NCBI GenBank assembly: GCA_964439805.1
Contig: CAYTOI010000002.1
Span: forward strand, 47,489 to 111,488
Origin: an uncultured Pseudomonadales bacterium
Lineage (GTDB): Bacteria > Patescibacteriota > Microgenomatia > UBA1400 > MFAQ01
Reading direction: 5' to 3'
DNA length: 64,000 nt
Part shown: positions 27,871-38,645 of the stretch, piece by piece
Numbering within the stretch: position 1 is the first letter of the stretch
Layout: each line of letters starts with the position of its first letter
Made by a program: the position numbers and the translations under genes
The notes under the pieces: generated by a model
Told to the model about the DNA's origin: nothing
Seen by the model: only the letters and a program-made list of their open reading frames with translations
Database searches by the model: none

Positions 27871-28548
27871 TCACTTTGTTACTGTGTAAATTTCTCCTGC
27901 TTCTGTACTTTGCAAAAACTCCGGAGAAGGTGGTACAAAGCCTAGGATTGTTAAAGATGTATTCATCGGGCCTTCAAATGACAGATCCCAATCACCCGAG
28001 TGTTGATATGTGAATCTGTCTTGTTTGGCATTCAATGTGTACTGCAAAATTTCAAATTGACCATTAAACGTACAGGTCAGGTTCAGAAAAATATCCCGAT
28101 CGCAGTTTGGAAGGCGGAAGGTTGCAAACACTGTTTCTTCAGAACTTGGCACTCTGCATAGTGGCTTTGCTGATACAGTAGTATCGTTATTGTCCATTGG
28201 AATTTGGTACGAGTTAATTTCACAATTTCCAATCTTGTTTTCATAACCATCGAACTCAATAGGAAAAAGTGGTCCATGATAGACAAAAACAGGAGAAAGC
28301 TCGCTAGTGCCCCATTCGTCGCCCCGGGGGTAAAAAGAGATCGTTTCGCTTTCTTTGTAATTTTGGACCCAGTTCTTGGGAACAAAATTGTACACGAAGA
28401 TGAAATTGATTCTGGTCACTTCCGGAAGTGACTCATGCGTTGCGGCCGGCACATCGGTAGCAGGAATTTCGGGTTGAGCTGGAGCTTGAGCTGGTGCTCC
28501 ACAGGCAAACATAAGCAGTGCAATTAATACAAAAACAATATTTTTCAA
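27871..28548 (-). CDS. Putative lipoprotein
   Basis: Lipobox LMFAC, GGAG SD, downstream hairpin 27828-27855. Confidence 0.7.
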   Translation of the reverse strand: MKNIVFVLIALLMFACGAPAQAPAQPEIPATDVPAATHESLPEVTRINFIFVYNFVPKNWVQNYKESETISFYPRGDEWGTSELSPVFVYHGPLFPIEFDGYENKIGNCEINSYQIPMDNNDTTVSAKPLCRVPSSEETVFATFRLPNCDRDIFLNLTCTFNGQFEILQYTLNAKQDRFTYQHSGDWDLSFEGPMNTSLTILGFVPPSPEFLQSTEAGEIYTVTK

Positions 28549-28621
28549 GGTATCACTCCTAAGTTTAGATTTGCTGTATTTTACCTCAAAACCCTTAATT
28601 GCACAACTATAGGGTTATAGT

Positions 28622-29176
28622 TTACGCACTTATGAGGACGGGCTTGGTGAACCTGCGCTCCTCTAGCTGCTCCAAAAACAATCTTATCGTCTCATCTATA
28701 TCAATTCTCTCGGGGACTTCATCCAGCAGGTGGACATCTTCTCTGGTCAGAGCCTCCAAATAATCTAGGGTAGTGGTCTCAGCCATGTGGTTTGGTAAAG
28801 AAATTCTCCCAGCATCTTCGATCAAACCATCATTATCGGAGTGAAAACTATAGTTTTCCATATATCCAAACTCTCTACCAAAACGAAACACATCAATAAA
28901 AACAGTATTTACAATTTCATCTCTATCAGGTCTCTTTACACTCTGAACTCTCATCATTTCTCCACCAACCAGTTTATCCGTGCAAATCAATATGACATCT
29001 TTGAGCCAAGTTCCTTCCCACTCTTTTCCTCCCATTACTGTCACAATAACTTTATGCTTACCATCCTGGCTTAGCCATTCCTCAATTCTTTCCCCATGAC
29101 TCACAACATCTTCCATACTCAGCTCAATTGAGGGGTATTTATTTTGGCTATGAACAGAATGTTCTTTTGTTACCAC
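28622..29176 (-). CDS. Hypothetical protein
   Basis: ORF; TATAAT 6 nt before GTG. Confidence 0.65.
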   Translation of the reverse strand: MVTKEHSVHSQNKYPSIELSMEDVVSHGERIEEWLSQDGKHKVIVTVMGGKEWEGTWLKDVILICTDKLVGGEMMRVQSVKRPDRDEIVNTVFIDVFRFGREFGYMENYSFHSDNDGLIEDAGRISLPNHMAETTTLDYLEALTREDVHLLDEVPERIDIDETIRLFLEQLEERRFTKPVLISA

Positions 29177-29222
29177 AAGCAAATTATACTACCACTCAAA
29201 AATCGCAGTGTACAATAACTCT

Positions 29223-29921
29223 GTGCCCAAAATTGAATATAAATTAGTTAGAACCAGGAGATTGTCGGGCAGTATAAGTATCCGAATCAAAAATGGAGAG
29301 GTAATTGCTAGTGCCCCTTTTTGGGTCCCCAAAATCGCTATCGATAGTTTTGTAAAAGAAAAAGCCGACTGGATAGAAAAATCTTTAAAGTCTCAAAAGC
29401 CAGTAGAGGCGGGCAAAAAATATATTACCGGAGAGACTCACTTACTTTTTGGCAAAGAGTATCTACTAGAAGTTGTCACTTCTGTCTCACCAATTAGAAC
29501 TAGTGTCAAAGAGTCGGGGAGCAAACTTGTTGTAGATGTTTATGTAGGATTTGATAAAGATAAGCTAGCCAAAGAAATTCAAGATGCCATGCTCAGATTT
29601 TACTTGGAGAAGGGGATTGGCTACTTAACTGAAAAAGTAAATTACTACACATCTCTATTGGGTGTAGACTATTCTAAGATCGAAATAAAAAAAGTTTCTA
29701 GTATCTGGGGAAGTTGTTCTGCAAAGAATGTCTTAAGTTTTAATCGAAAACTCGTAATGGCTCCGGAAGAAATTATTGATTATGTCATAATTCATGAAGT
29801 CTGTCATCTAAGGGAAAGAAATCACTCTAGTAGATTTTGGGGATTGGTTTTTCGCTTTGATCGAAAGTACAAAGAACATCGCCGTTGGCTCCATATTAAT
29901 CATGCTATCCTAAGTTTATAA
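29223..29921 (+). CDS. YgjP/DUF45 metal-dependent hydrolase
   Basis: WGSCS, DYVIIHEVCHL..NHS..FW. Confidence 0.9.
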   Translation: MPKIEYKLVRTRRLSGSISIRIKNGEVIASAPFWVPKIAIDSFVKEKADWIEKSLKSQKPVEAGKKYITGETHLLFGKEYLLEVVTSVSPIRTSVKESGSKLVVDVYVGFDKDKLAKEIQDAMLRFYLEKGIGYLTEKVNYYTSLLGVDYSKIEIKKVSSIWGSCSAKNVLSFNRKLVMAPEEIIDYVIIHEVCHLRERNHSSRFWGLVFRFDRKYKEHRRWLHINHAILSL

Positions 29922-31220
29922 ATGTCAAAAAACACCGACCCAGATTTTGAAAAAGCTCTAAATATTTTGCTGCATAGTGAAGAACACGTTTTTCTCACAG
30001 GGAACGCCGGTACTGGTAAAACGACCCTCATCAACAAGTTCCAGTCAGAAACAGAAAAGGATCTGGCCATAGTCGCCCCTACCGGAGTAGCAGCCGTCAA
30101 TGTCGGGGGAGAAACCATTCATTCATTTTTTGGATTTCCCCCTAATGTAAATATCGATAGGGCCATTTTTGAAGCCAAAAAAACCAAAAAAGCCAAAATC
30201 TACCAAGCTCTCGAAGTTTTGGTTATCGATGAAATCTCTATGGTCAGAGCGGATCTGCTGGACTGCATCGATATCTTTTTGCAAACAGTTCGCAAAATGA
30301 GAGTTTCTTTTGGGGGAGTTCGCGTCATTATGGTGGGAGACTTACACCAGCTTCCACCAGTAGTTACTCCCACAGAAAGAGAAGCTCTTCTCAGTATGTA
30401 TAGTAGCCCCTACTTTTTCAGCTCTCACGTCTTTCAAAAATTAATGTCTGGTCTTTATACACAAATAATTTTTCTTGAGCTTCAAAAAATCTATCGTCAG
30501 ACTGATCTCAAATTTATCGATATTCTCAATCGCATTCGGACCAAAACTATTTTGCCAGAAGACTTAGACGTGCTAAATCGCTGCGTACTAGACTCTGAAA
30601 GTATCGACGAACATATTCTTTTGACCACCATCAACGACACTGCCGACAAGGTAAATGACATGCGACTAGCACAGATAGAAGGACCGCTGCATGTCTTTCA
30701 CGCCACTGTTACTGGTGACTTCTCTGAGAAGCAAAGCCCTGCCTCACAATCTCTATCTCTAAAAACAGGAGCCAAAGTAATGCTGCTGAATAATGACCCA
30801 GATGATAGATGGATCAATGGCACTATAGGAACCTTGTTCCGAGTATCCGGTGAAGAAGTCTATGTAAAACTAGAAAATGGAGAAATAGAAAAAGTTGAGC
30901 CGGTTACTTGGAACGCGTACAAAACTAGATTTAATGAAGAAGAAAACAAACTTGAATCATTTGATGTTGGTAGCTTTAAGCAGCTCCCTCTCAGGCTAGC
31001 TTGGGCAATAACTATTCACAAAAGCCAGGGAAAAACTTTTCAAAAAGTCGCCATCGACTTTGGCAGAGGCTCTTTTGCTCACGGGCAAACATATGTCGCT
31101 CTAAGTAGAGCCACAAGCTTAAGCGGATTAAAACTTTTAAGACCACTGACAGAATCCGGAATTATCGTCGACGAAACAGTTCTGCAATTTTTGGAAAATA
31201 TCAAGAAGCTATCCGCTTAA
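29922..31220 (+). CDS. Pif1-family DNA helicase
   Basis: GNAGTGKT, APTGVAA, DEISM, GDLHQLPP, TIHKSQG, YVALSR. Confidence 0.93.
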   Translation: MSKNTDPDFEKALNILLHSEEHVFLTGNAGTGKTTLINKFQSETEKDLAIVAPTGVAAVNVGGETIHSFFGFPPNVNIDRAIFEAKKTKKAKIYQALEVLVIDEISMVRADLLDCIDIFLQTVRKMRVSFGGVRVIMVGDLHQLPPVVTPTEREALLSMYSSPYFFSSHVFQKLMSGLYTQIIFLELQKIYRQTDLKFIDILNRIRTKTILPEDLDVLNRCVLDSESIDEHILLTTINDTADKVNDMRLAQIEGPLHVFHATVTGDFSEKQSPASQSLSLKTGAKVMLLNNDPDDRWINGTIGTLFRVSGEEVYVKLENGEIEKVEPVTWNAYKTRFNEEENKLESFDVGSFKQLPLRLAWAITIHKSQGKTFQKVAIDFGRGSFAHGQTYVALSRATSLSGLKLLRPLTESGIIVDETVLQFLENIKKLSA

Positions 31221-32397
31221 GATTATTTTGTTTGGTTAAAACCAAAAATAAGAAGGCTGCAAGTAAAGCAAGCGCTGAGCCAAAATAAAAGGGAGATCTG
31301 GGTCCTGAGTATGTCCATAGGTAGCCAGCAATTATCGATGCTAGCAGAGTGGCCACGCCAAGAAGGGTGTGATAAATCCCAAATGCCGACGCCACAATTT
31401 CGTGAGGAACTAGCCGAGAGATATAAGACTTTGCCACTCCATCCGTAAGAGCCAAAAACACTCCATAGGCAGGGAACAGGAACCAAACAATTTTAGATGT
31501 TTCAGCAAAACCAAAAAGAAAATAAACTACGGCAAAAATTAAGTACCCCACAAACAATACTTTTCTTGAGCCGATTTTGTCAGCAACAAGTCCTGCCGGT
31601 AGCGAGGCAATGGAATTTGTAATATTAAATAGGACATAAGTAAGAATGGTTAAACTCACAGACAAACCTAGGTTTTGAGATCGCAGAATCATAAAAGCCT
31701 CTGAGCTGTTTCCGATAGCAAAAATAATACTTATAAGTAAAAATATTTTGTAGGAAGCATTTGTCTTTATCCATTCGAACTTAATTTTTTTGCCTGCATA
31801 CTTTTCGCCTTCAGTTTCCTTGATAAAAATTGAAATCAAAATTACACCGATAAGGGTAGGAACAAAAGCAATCAAAAATAAGGTTCTGTACTCATTTTTT
31901 AGCAAAGCCAAAATGCCAATGGCAAGCAATGGTCCCACTACTCCACCAAAGTCATCCATCATACGGTGAATTCCAAAAGACATACCCCGAGACTCTTTTT
32001 CTGAGCTTTCAGTGATTATTGCGTCGCGAGCAGCAGTTCGTATTCCCTTTCCTGCCCTGTTGGTAATTCTAGAGATTAAAACTGTGGGCCAGGCAAAAGC
32101 CATAGACATTAACAAGTGAGAAGCAGCCGAAAACCCGTAACCAAGACCTACAAATACTTTTCTTCTATGAATTTTGTCAGAAACCACTCCACTTATCGCC
32201 ATCAAAATATTTGCGGTAGCGTCCGAGAGACCTTCAATAAGACCCAAAATAGTAGCCGGCACTCCCAAAACAGTAGACAAAAAGATGGGCACTACCGGGT
32301 AAATCATTTCTGAAGAGATATCGTTAAGAAAACTTACTAGTCCTAGGATCAGAATATTTTTGGGGACTTTTTTAATCTTCGTCTTTAAATCGTTCAT
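31201..32397 (-). CDS. MFS transporter
   Basis: 12 TMs, GVVSDKIHRRK, GKGIRTAARD. Confidence 0.92.
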   Translation of the reverse strand: MNDLKTKIKKVPKNILILGLVSFLNDISSEMIYPVVPIFLSTVLGVPATILGLIEGLSDATANILMAISGVVSDKIHRRKVFVGLGYGFSAASHLLMSMAFAWPTVLISRITNRAGKGIRTAARDAIITESSEKESRGMSFGIHRMMDDFGGVVGPLLAIGILALLKNEYRTLFLIAFVPTLIGVILISIFIKETEGEKYAGKKIKFEWIKTNASYKIFLLISIIFAIGNSSEAFMILRSQNLGLSVSLTILTYVLFNITNSIASLPAGLVADKIGSRKVLFVGYLIFAVVYFLFGFAETSKIVWFLFPAYGVFLALTDGVAKSYISRLVPHEIVASAFGIYHTLLGVATLLASIIAGYLWTYSGPRSPFYFGSALALLAAFLFLVLTKQNNLKRIAS

Positions 32398-32677
32398 ATG
32401 GATAGTCCTCTACATTTAATTCTTCTGCTTGGATTACAAACAGTTTTCCGTCTTCAGTACGAAACAATCTATATCTGTATGTTTCGTAAAGTTCATTATC
32501 ATCCGAACAAATAAAACTAATAATACTATTTGCTTCAGTCAGCAGTTCGGTGATTTCCTCCAAGGTACCTACACGCGACAGAGTCGCTATTTCAATCTGT
32601 ATATCTTTCAGCTGACGATTTAAAGTATTTTCTACTTTACTTTCACAAGCCTCAATTATTTTTCGCTTTTCTGTCAT
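32372..32677 (-). CDS. Hypothetical protein
   Basis: ORF overlapping the MFS start. Confidence 0.5.
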   Translation of the reverse strand: MTEKRKIIEACESKVENTLNRQLKDIQIEIATLSRVGTLEEITELLTEANSIISFICSDDNELYETYRYRLFRTEDGKLFVIQAEELNVEDYPYERFKDED

Positions 32678-32698
32678 GTCCAGTATCATTAGTATACA

Positions 32699-33001
32699 GT
32701 GAAAATTAATGCCACAATTGCCTTAAGTTTTTTTGATCGACTACTAGGTTTAATAGTAAAAACCAATAAGCCGCCTATGCTTTTCCATACCCACTTTGGA
32801 ATCCACACGTTATTTATGAATTATCCGATCGACGTTCTGGTTCTGGATGAAAACAAAAAAATTGTAAAGGCAAAAAACTCACTCATGCCTAATAAACTAT
32901 TTTTTTATAATCCCAAATACTCAGTTGTATTGGAGCTAGAAAGTGGGTTTATCAAAAAAAACAAGTTACAACTAGGTGATAAAATTGAACTTAACTCATG
33001 A
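32699..33001 (+). CDS. DUF192 family protein
   Basis: RLLGL, IHTLFMNYPIDV, VLEL. Confidence 0.85.
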   Translation: MKINATIALSFFDRLLGLIVKTNKPPMLFHTHFGIHTLFMNYPIDVLVLDENKKIVKAKNSLMPNKLFFYNPKYSVVLELESGFIKKNKLQLGDKIELNS

Positions 33002-33540
33002 ATATTTTTGCCATAGATCTTTCAGTATCTCACTTAGTTCAAAGCTTTAACTCGACTTTAATTTACTCATTCTTATACTCAGTTTCTTACATAGGCAACG
33101 TAGTACCCATGTTCTTTATACTTTGCATCAGCCTAATTTATTTTTATTTTACTAAACACCGAAAGGCAGCTCTCTACTTATTTTTTTCTACCGGTATCGG
33201 AGTAGGCATAAGTACATTATTAAAAATAATAGTTGCCAGGCCTCGCCCCAGCTCTGAACTGGTTAATGTTTTTGTGAGACACAATGATTTTAGCTTTCCC
33301 AGTACTCACACCACCACCTTTGCCATTGTCTTTGGTTTTCTCTACTACTACTTAACAATTCACAACAAGAACAGCCATTACAACAAGCTTATTAGGTTAT
33401 TACTTTCAATTTTAATAATTTCCGTCGGTATTTCTAGAATCTATTTGGGAGCTCACTGGTTGAGTGATGTTCTGGCAGGCTACGCATTAGGCTTTTTTGT
33501 ATTATTTATTTCCCTCAAACAATTTAAAAATGAAAGATAA
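32998..33540 (+). CDS. PAP2 family phosphatase
   Basis: K...RPRP, SFPSTH, SRIYLGAHW.SDV. Confidence 0.92.
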   Translation: MNIFAIDLSVSHLVQSFNSTLIYSFLYSVSYIGNVVPMFFILCISLIYFYFTKHRKAALYLFFSTGIGVGISTLLKIIVARPRPSSELVNVFVRHNDFSFPSTHTTTFAIVFGFLYYYLTIHNKNSHYNKLIRLLLSILIISVGISRIYLGAHWLSDVLAGYALGFFVLFISLKQFKNER

Positions 33541-34399
33541 ATTTGCCGCCACTTGGATATCCCACACCTCAATTAGTGATTACTTGCTTTGCCCTAGGGG
33601 GTATTACCTAAAAAATGTTTACAAGGATCGCAGCACAGGGCACAAACTCCAGATCGTCAGTCCCGCTCTAGCATTGGGGTCGGCAGTTCATGGCGTGCTT
33701 GAAGGTCTGTCTCAAAAGCCAACCGAAACACGTTTGAAAGATTCGCTCGTTTTGGAGTTTGACAAAGTCTGGGAAAAATTTCAAGGCAAACTTGGTGGAT
33801 TCAAAAACAAAGAAGAGGAATATCAATACAAAGAAAGAGGCAAAGCCATGCTCAGGAGAGTCATGGAAAACCCAGGTCCAATAGGCAAGTTGTCTCTAAA
33901 ACTAAAACAAGACTTTCTCTATTACTGGCTAAACGAAGAGGACAATATTATTTTGTGTGGCAAAATTGACTGGCTAGAATATTTACCAGAAACAAATTCA
34001 GTGCATATTATCGACTTCAAAACAAGCAAAAAAGAAGAAAAGGCAAACTCTCTTCAGCTTCCAATCTATTTGTTACTTGCCCAAAACTGCCAAAACCGCA
34101 AAGTAGACAAGATGAGCTATTGGTATCTCGAATTTGATAACTTGCCTACTAGAGTAGAACTACCAAAGTTAGAAGAAGCTACTCAGACATTACTAGATAT
34201 TGGTCGAAAAATAAAACTAGCAAGAAAGTTAGATAACATGAAATGCCCTAACGGAGACGATGGCTGCTTCTCTTGCAGGCCACTAGAGATGGTCTTAAGA
34301 GGTGAAGGGGAAAAGGTAGGAGAGACAGACAGACATGATCTTTACTTCATCGAAAAAGCCCCAGTCGTTGAAGAAGAAATCGAAGAACTAATCCACTAG
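33530..34399 (+). CDS. RecB-family PD-(D/E)XK nuclease
   Basis: CPR, GSAVH, GKID, IIDFKT, QL..Y, C-terminal Cys. Confidence 0.88.
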   Translation: MKDKFAATWISHTSISDYLLCPRGYYLKNVYKDRSTGHKLQIVSPALALGSAVHGVLEGLSQKPTETRLKDSLVLEFDKVWEKFQGKLGGFKNKEEEYQYKERGKAMLRRVMENPGPIGKLSLKLKQDFLYYWLNEEDNIILCGKIDWLEYLPETNSVHIIDFKTSKKEEKANSLQLPIYLLLAQNCQNRKVDKMSYWYLEFDNLPTRVELPKLEEATQTLLDIGRKIKLARKLDNMKCPNGDDGCFSCRPLEMVLRGEGEKVGETDRHDLYFIEKAPVVEEEIEELIH

Positions 34400-35319
34400 T
34401 ACGCCGCTATCGCCACTGCAAAGTTATTTTGAGCGTACACGCAGCCCCAAACATACTCACCACCAGAGAGTAAGCTTTTGTGTCCCAAAGTATTTTCCCA
34501 GCCTTTGACTGTTTCTGTTGGTGTAGCAAAGCCAGATGCCAAGTACTCACTAATATTATATTTTTCGCTTATCCATTTCAGGTCTGACCTGTCTAGCACT
34601 GGTTGAAAACCTGCATGCCCATCTAGTTTTTTTAGTTCCAATAATTGATTTAGACGAATTGAAGCAATGGTACACAGCTCATCTTTTTTACTTAACTTTC
34701 CGACTCCAAACTCAACTCTTTTGTTGTTCACCGCTTCCCATAAGTCAGGCCCACCCCAAGCAGTTTTTTTAATAGGCTGAACAGTAGGAGCTGCTACGGC
34801 TGACACTTTTACTTGCTCATTACTGAATATTAGATAAAAAAAGTTTTTACCTTTTGATCTGTACTCCGCAATTCCTACCTCTGAAAATTTTGGATGAAGT
34901 ATGGTTTCTTTTTCTATATTGTCAGAAAGCAAATTGGTCATAAAATCATCTTCTGCGCTTTTGAGACTTATAAACGCATCTCCGACAATCGTAGAGTGAT
35001 AGCCTACCATTTCCAACGCCTTTTCTCTTGTCAAAGCTGATGAAGTTCCCAAATAGTCATCGTAGGCAACTATTACGCCCATTCTTGCTCTTGTTGCTTT
35101 GTTTAAATTCTCATTCAGTTTAAGTTCTGTAAGCTTATCTTCTACTCTCTTTTTGTTTATTGCCTCTACAATTTTTGCTCCAAAATTATCAGGAAAACTA
35201 GACTCCTGAGTAGGTGAAACCAAAAAAGATGGTGCCTGAACCTCATTTTTGGCCAAAAATATTCCAACTGAAATCGAAAGAGCTAGGACAATGCTAAGAA
35301 TCAAAATTTTTCTAACCAT
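34396..35319 (-). CDS. Secreted double CAP (SCP) domain protein
   Basis: Two INxxR...L..A.. repeats; WENTLGH. Confidence 0.8.
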   Translation of the reverse strand: MVRKILILSIVLALSISVGIFLAKNEVQAPSFLVSPTQESSFPDNFGAKIVEAINKKRVEDKLTELKLNENLNKATRARMGVIVAYDDYLGTSSALTREKALEMVGYHSTIVGDAFISLKSAEDDFMTNLLSDNIEKETILHPKFSEVGIAEYRSKGKNFFYLIFSNEQVKVSAVAAPTVQPIKKTAWGGPDLWEAVNNKRVEFGVGKLSKKDELCTIASIRLNQLLELKKLDGHAGFQPVLDRSDLKWISEKYNISEYLASGFATPTETVKGWENTLGHKSLLSGGEYVWGCVYAQNNFAVAIAAY

Positions 35320-35343
35320 TTACATATAGTATAGAATATATCT

Positions 35344-35649
35344 ATGCAAATAATTTTCAATACACAGAAGATTAGCATCAGCGACAGGTTCAAACAGAGG
35401 ATAGAGACAAAATTCGAACAAGGCTTGGGTAAACTGCTTCAGCACTACAAAGAAGAGATGAAGGTGGGCTTGCTGTCTATCAAAAAGGTTTCAAAGTCAG
35501 GATACGAAATTAAGTTTGACATGAACTTGCCAGCCTGCCCCATAAACATCAAAGATACTCACAAAGTTTTACTTGATGGGGTAATGAGAGTCAGAGACCA
35601 GGCAAAACGACAAGTAAAAAAACATCTCGAAAAACTTCGAAATTATTGA
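35344..35649 (+). CDS. Ribosome hibernation factor (HPF/RaiA-like)
   Basis: Size and fold pattern; C-terminal KRQVKKHLEKLR. Confidence 0.7.
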   Translation: MQIIFNTQKISISDRFKQRIETKFEQGLGKLLQHYKEEMKVGLLSIKKVSKSGYEIKFDMNLPACPINIKDTHKVLLDGVMRVRDQAKRQVKKHLEKLRNY

Positions 35650-35664
35650 GGCTATAATGGTTAA

Positions 35665-36738
35665 ATGCAAAATACCATTAACTGTCCCAAATGTAATACC
35701 GAAATAGAAATCACCGAAGCTCTTCGTAAAACAATATCACCTCAGTTTGAAAAAGATATAGAACAAAAGGCACGCGCTTCATTTCAAAAAGAACAAGAAA
35801 CCCTTCTGGAAGAACTAAAGTTCAAAACTAAAAAACTAGATGAAGCCAGAGAAGAATCCCTGAAACTTCACCAAGAGAAATTAAAGCTAGAAGACGAAAG
35901 AAAAAGTTTTGAGCTAGAAAAACAAAGACAGTTAGATATTGAAAGAGATCAGATAAGGCAAAAAACTTTGCTAGAGTTTTCAGATCAGCATCGCATGAAA
36001 GATGCCGAAAAGGACAAAATGATAAACGATTTAAAAAAGTCTCTAGAGGATGCTCAGATTAGAGCCTCGCAAAGCTCTCAACAACTTCAGGGTGAAGTTC
36101 AAGAGCTAGACCTGGAAAACTTTTTGGCTCAAGCCTTTCCCTTTGACGATATAAAGCCAGTAGAAAAAGGAGTAAGGGGTGCAGACATTAGCCAGGTGGT
36201 CAAAACTAATATGGGAACCGTTTGTGGAATAATTCTTTGGGAATCAAAAAGAACAAAAACTTGGGCAGGGGACTGGACTCAAAAATTAAAGGACGACCTT
36301 CGTCAGTCCAAAGCCAACATTCCGGTAATTATTAGTACAGCGTTACCAAAAGAAATTGTCTCTGGTTTTGGATCCTTGGATGGAGTTTGGGTCTGTGAAC
36401 CGAAGTTTATTAAACCGTTAGCAGAAGTTCTGCGCCAAGGATTGATAAATGTGGCTAGAGAAAAACACACTGGCAAAGATAGGGGGACCAAGGCTGATGC
36501 GGTTTATGATTACCTAACCAGTAATGAGTTCAGACAACAGGTGGAGAGCATTATAGAAGCCCACACCGGTCTCATTATGCAAATTCAAAAGGAAAAGGTT
36601 GCTTTTGAAAAAATCTGGAAAGAACGAGAAGCTCAAGCTCAAAGAATTATTGGCAGCACCGCAAGGATATATGGAAGCATCTCAGGTCTTGCGGGACAAT
36701 CTCTTCCCATGCTTCCCTCCCTCTCTCTCCCAGAATAA
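35665..36738 (+). CDS. DUF2130 family protein
   Basis: CPKC, coiled coil, QGEVQE, GAD, ILWESKRTK.W. Confidence 0.88.
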   Translation: MQNTINCPKCNTEIEITEALRKTISPQFEKDIEQKARASFQKEQETLLEELKFKTKKLDEAREESLKLHQEKLKLEDERKSFELEKQRQLDIERDQIRQKTLLEFSDQHRMKDAEKDKMINDLKKSLEDAQIRASQSSQQLQGEVQELDLENFLAQAFPFDDIKPVEKGVRGADISQVVKTNMGTVCGIILWESKRTKTWAGDWTQKLKDDLRQSKANIPVIISTALPKEIVSGFGSLDGVWVCEPKFIKPLAEVLRQGLINVAREKHTGKDRGTKADAVYDYLTSNEFRQQVESIIEAHTGLIMQIQKEKVAFEKIWKEREAQAQRIIGSTARIYGSISGLAGQSLPMLPSLSLPE

Positions 36739-36781
36739 CTTGATATAATAGTCCAAAATCCATTTACAAAGGAAGGTTTCC

Positions 36782-37189
36782 TTGAAAAAACTAAAATCTG
36801 TTTTGCGGGTCTTGATCTGGTTTCTTATAATTGCAATAGTAGGTACTATCGAGATTGGACTGATCGCTTGGTATAAGTCAGCCGAAATCATTAGTCTTGA
36901 AAGTATATTAATTAAGAACTTGCCTAACTTCTTCTTCTTTACCATTTCCTGGATATTGGCAATCTTAAGCATAGTTGCCGTTTACAAAAGATATCTATCA
37001 AATAAGCGCGAAGATGCACTAGACCTTTTGTTTGTTACAAGCGTGGCTGGCTTTGCGGGCCAATCACTATATCTCTTTTTGGGTGATATTACAGGTACTG
37101 GTCATTCAACAGGTTTTTTGGGAAATCTGATATTGAGTCAGCTAAATATCTATTTACTGATCTTTTTGTTTCCTAATGAATTTAAGTAA
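36782..37189 (+). CDS. Membrane hypothetical protein
   Basis: Four TMs; terminator at 37194-37216. Confidence 0.6.
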   Translation: MKKLKSVLRVLIWFLIIAIVGTIEIGLIAWYKSAEIISLESILIKNLPNFFFFTISWILAILSIVAVYKRYLSNKREDALDLLFVTSVAGFAGQSLYLFLGDITGTGHSTGFLGNLILSQLNIYLLIFLFPNEFK

Positions 37190-37214
37190 CACCGCCCCCC
37201 CAAGGGGGGCTTTT

Positions 37215-38615
37215 TTATGCTTTGTATATTGCCACTGAGTTAGTTGAGCCCTCATCGTAATAGTGTTGACCATGAACAACTAGAATTGACTCACCAATAT
37301 TTAATCTCCCTGCTTCTATGAGTTGGTCTATTGTTTTGTTTGGTAAAGAAAACACTCCATCATTCAATTTTGATTTATGCGCCTCAACTCCGTAAGAAAT
37401 TGTCAGTTCTTCAACTGTTTTCTGATCCTTGGTAATTGCCAGTATCGGCATTTTTGGTCTTAATCTCGAAATTGATCTGGCTGTTTTTCCTGAATTTGTA
37501 AAAACCAAAATAAATTTAAAATTTATTACTTTTTGATTTAGCATTCCCAAAACACTATTTACTACCAAATCAGTCTCGCTATTAATTTCAATTCTTAACT
37601 TTGTAATAGATCTAATCTCTTCGTTGTATTTGGTTATCTTGGCCATTGCCTGAACTGCTTTTACTGGATACTTTCCTTGAGCCGTTTCTCCCGAAAGCAT
37701 TACCGCGTCCGTTCCATCCAAAACTGCATTGGCAACGTCTGTCGCTTCTGCTCTGGTAGGCGTAGGATTATTAGTCATCGACTCGAGCATTTGTGTAGCG
37801 GTTATCACTGGTTTATTTGCTAGTCGACACTTTCGGATCATCTGCTTTTGAATATTGGCAAGTCTCTCAATTGGTACTTCTGTTCCCAAGTCACCTCTGG
37901 CTACCATTATTACATCTGCCGTTTCAATTATTTCTGTTAAGTTGTCCAAAGCTTTCTGACTCTCAATTTTGGCTACTATTTTTGCCACAATTCCTCTTTT
38001 TTCCATTTGCTCTCTGAGAATATCGATATCATTTTTGGATCGGCAAAAAGAAAGTGCCACAAAGTCGATTTTATTTGTTGCCGCCATGTCCAGCTTGATT
38101 AAGTCATCTTCAATAAGAGAAGGAAGGTCAATATCAACCCCTGGTAAATTAACTCCCTTACGGTGACCAATTTCATTGTCTTCAGTAGCTCTGGCCATAA
38201 TAAAGTCACTATTAACTTCTTCGGCAATAAGCTCTATTGCTCCATCATCGATGAGAATCTGATCTCCAGACTTTAATGTATCAAAGACCAGCTGATGAGG
38301 AATACAAACCAAATCGTCTTCATTTACAAAAGATGGAACTATGCGAACAAGTTGGTCTTGTTTCACCGAAATTTTTTCTTTATTTTTTGTTTCCAAGCGA
38401 ATTTCTGGCCCCTGAAGATCCAAGAGAATTCCAATATCCATCCTTAGTTCGTTAGCTATCTTTTGTACTCTTTTTATTCTTTCTTCATGCCAGGCGACCA
38501 CTCCATGTTTGGTGTTAAAGCGGAACACATTGACTCCAGACTCTATTAATTTCTTTATTGTTTCTTCTGTGTCACTAGCAGGTCCTAATGTTGCAACGAT
38601 TTTTGTAAGTTTCAT
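37215..38615 (-). CDS. pyk: Pyruvate kinase
   Basis: TKIVATLGPAS, DLQGPEIR, AKIE, MVARGDLG, ATQMLESM, DAVMLSGETA. Confidence 0.97.
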   Translation of the reverse strand: MKLTKIVATLGPASDTEETIKKLIESGVNVFRFNTKHGVVAWHEERIKRVQKIANELRMDIGILLDLQGPEIRLETKNKEKISVKQDQLVRIVPSFVNEDDLVCIPHQLVFDTLKSGDQILIDDGAIELIAEEVNSDFIMARATEDNEIGHRKGVNLPGVDIDLPSLIEDDLIKLDMAATNKIDFVALSFCRSKNDIDILREQMEKRGIVAKIVAKIESQKALDNLTEIIETADVIMVARGDLGTEVPIERLANIQKQMIRKCRLANKPVITATQMLESMTNNPTPTRAEATDVANAVLDGTDAVMLSGETAQGKYPVKAVQAMAKITKYNEEIRSITKLRIEINSETDLVVNSVLGMLNQKVINFKFILVFTNSGKTARSISRLRPKMPILAITKDQKTVEELTISYGVEAHKSKLNDGVFSLPNKTIDQLIEAGRLNIGESILVVHGQHYYDEGSTNSVAIYKA

Positions 38616-38645
38616 AAGACACTAGTATAGTGTTAACATTAGCCA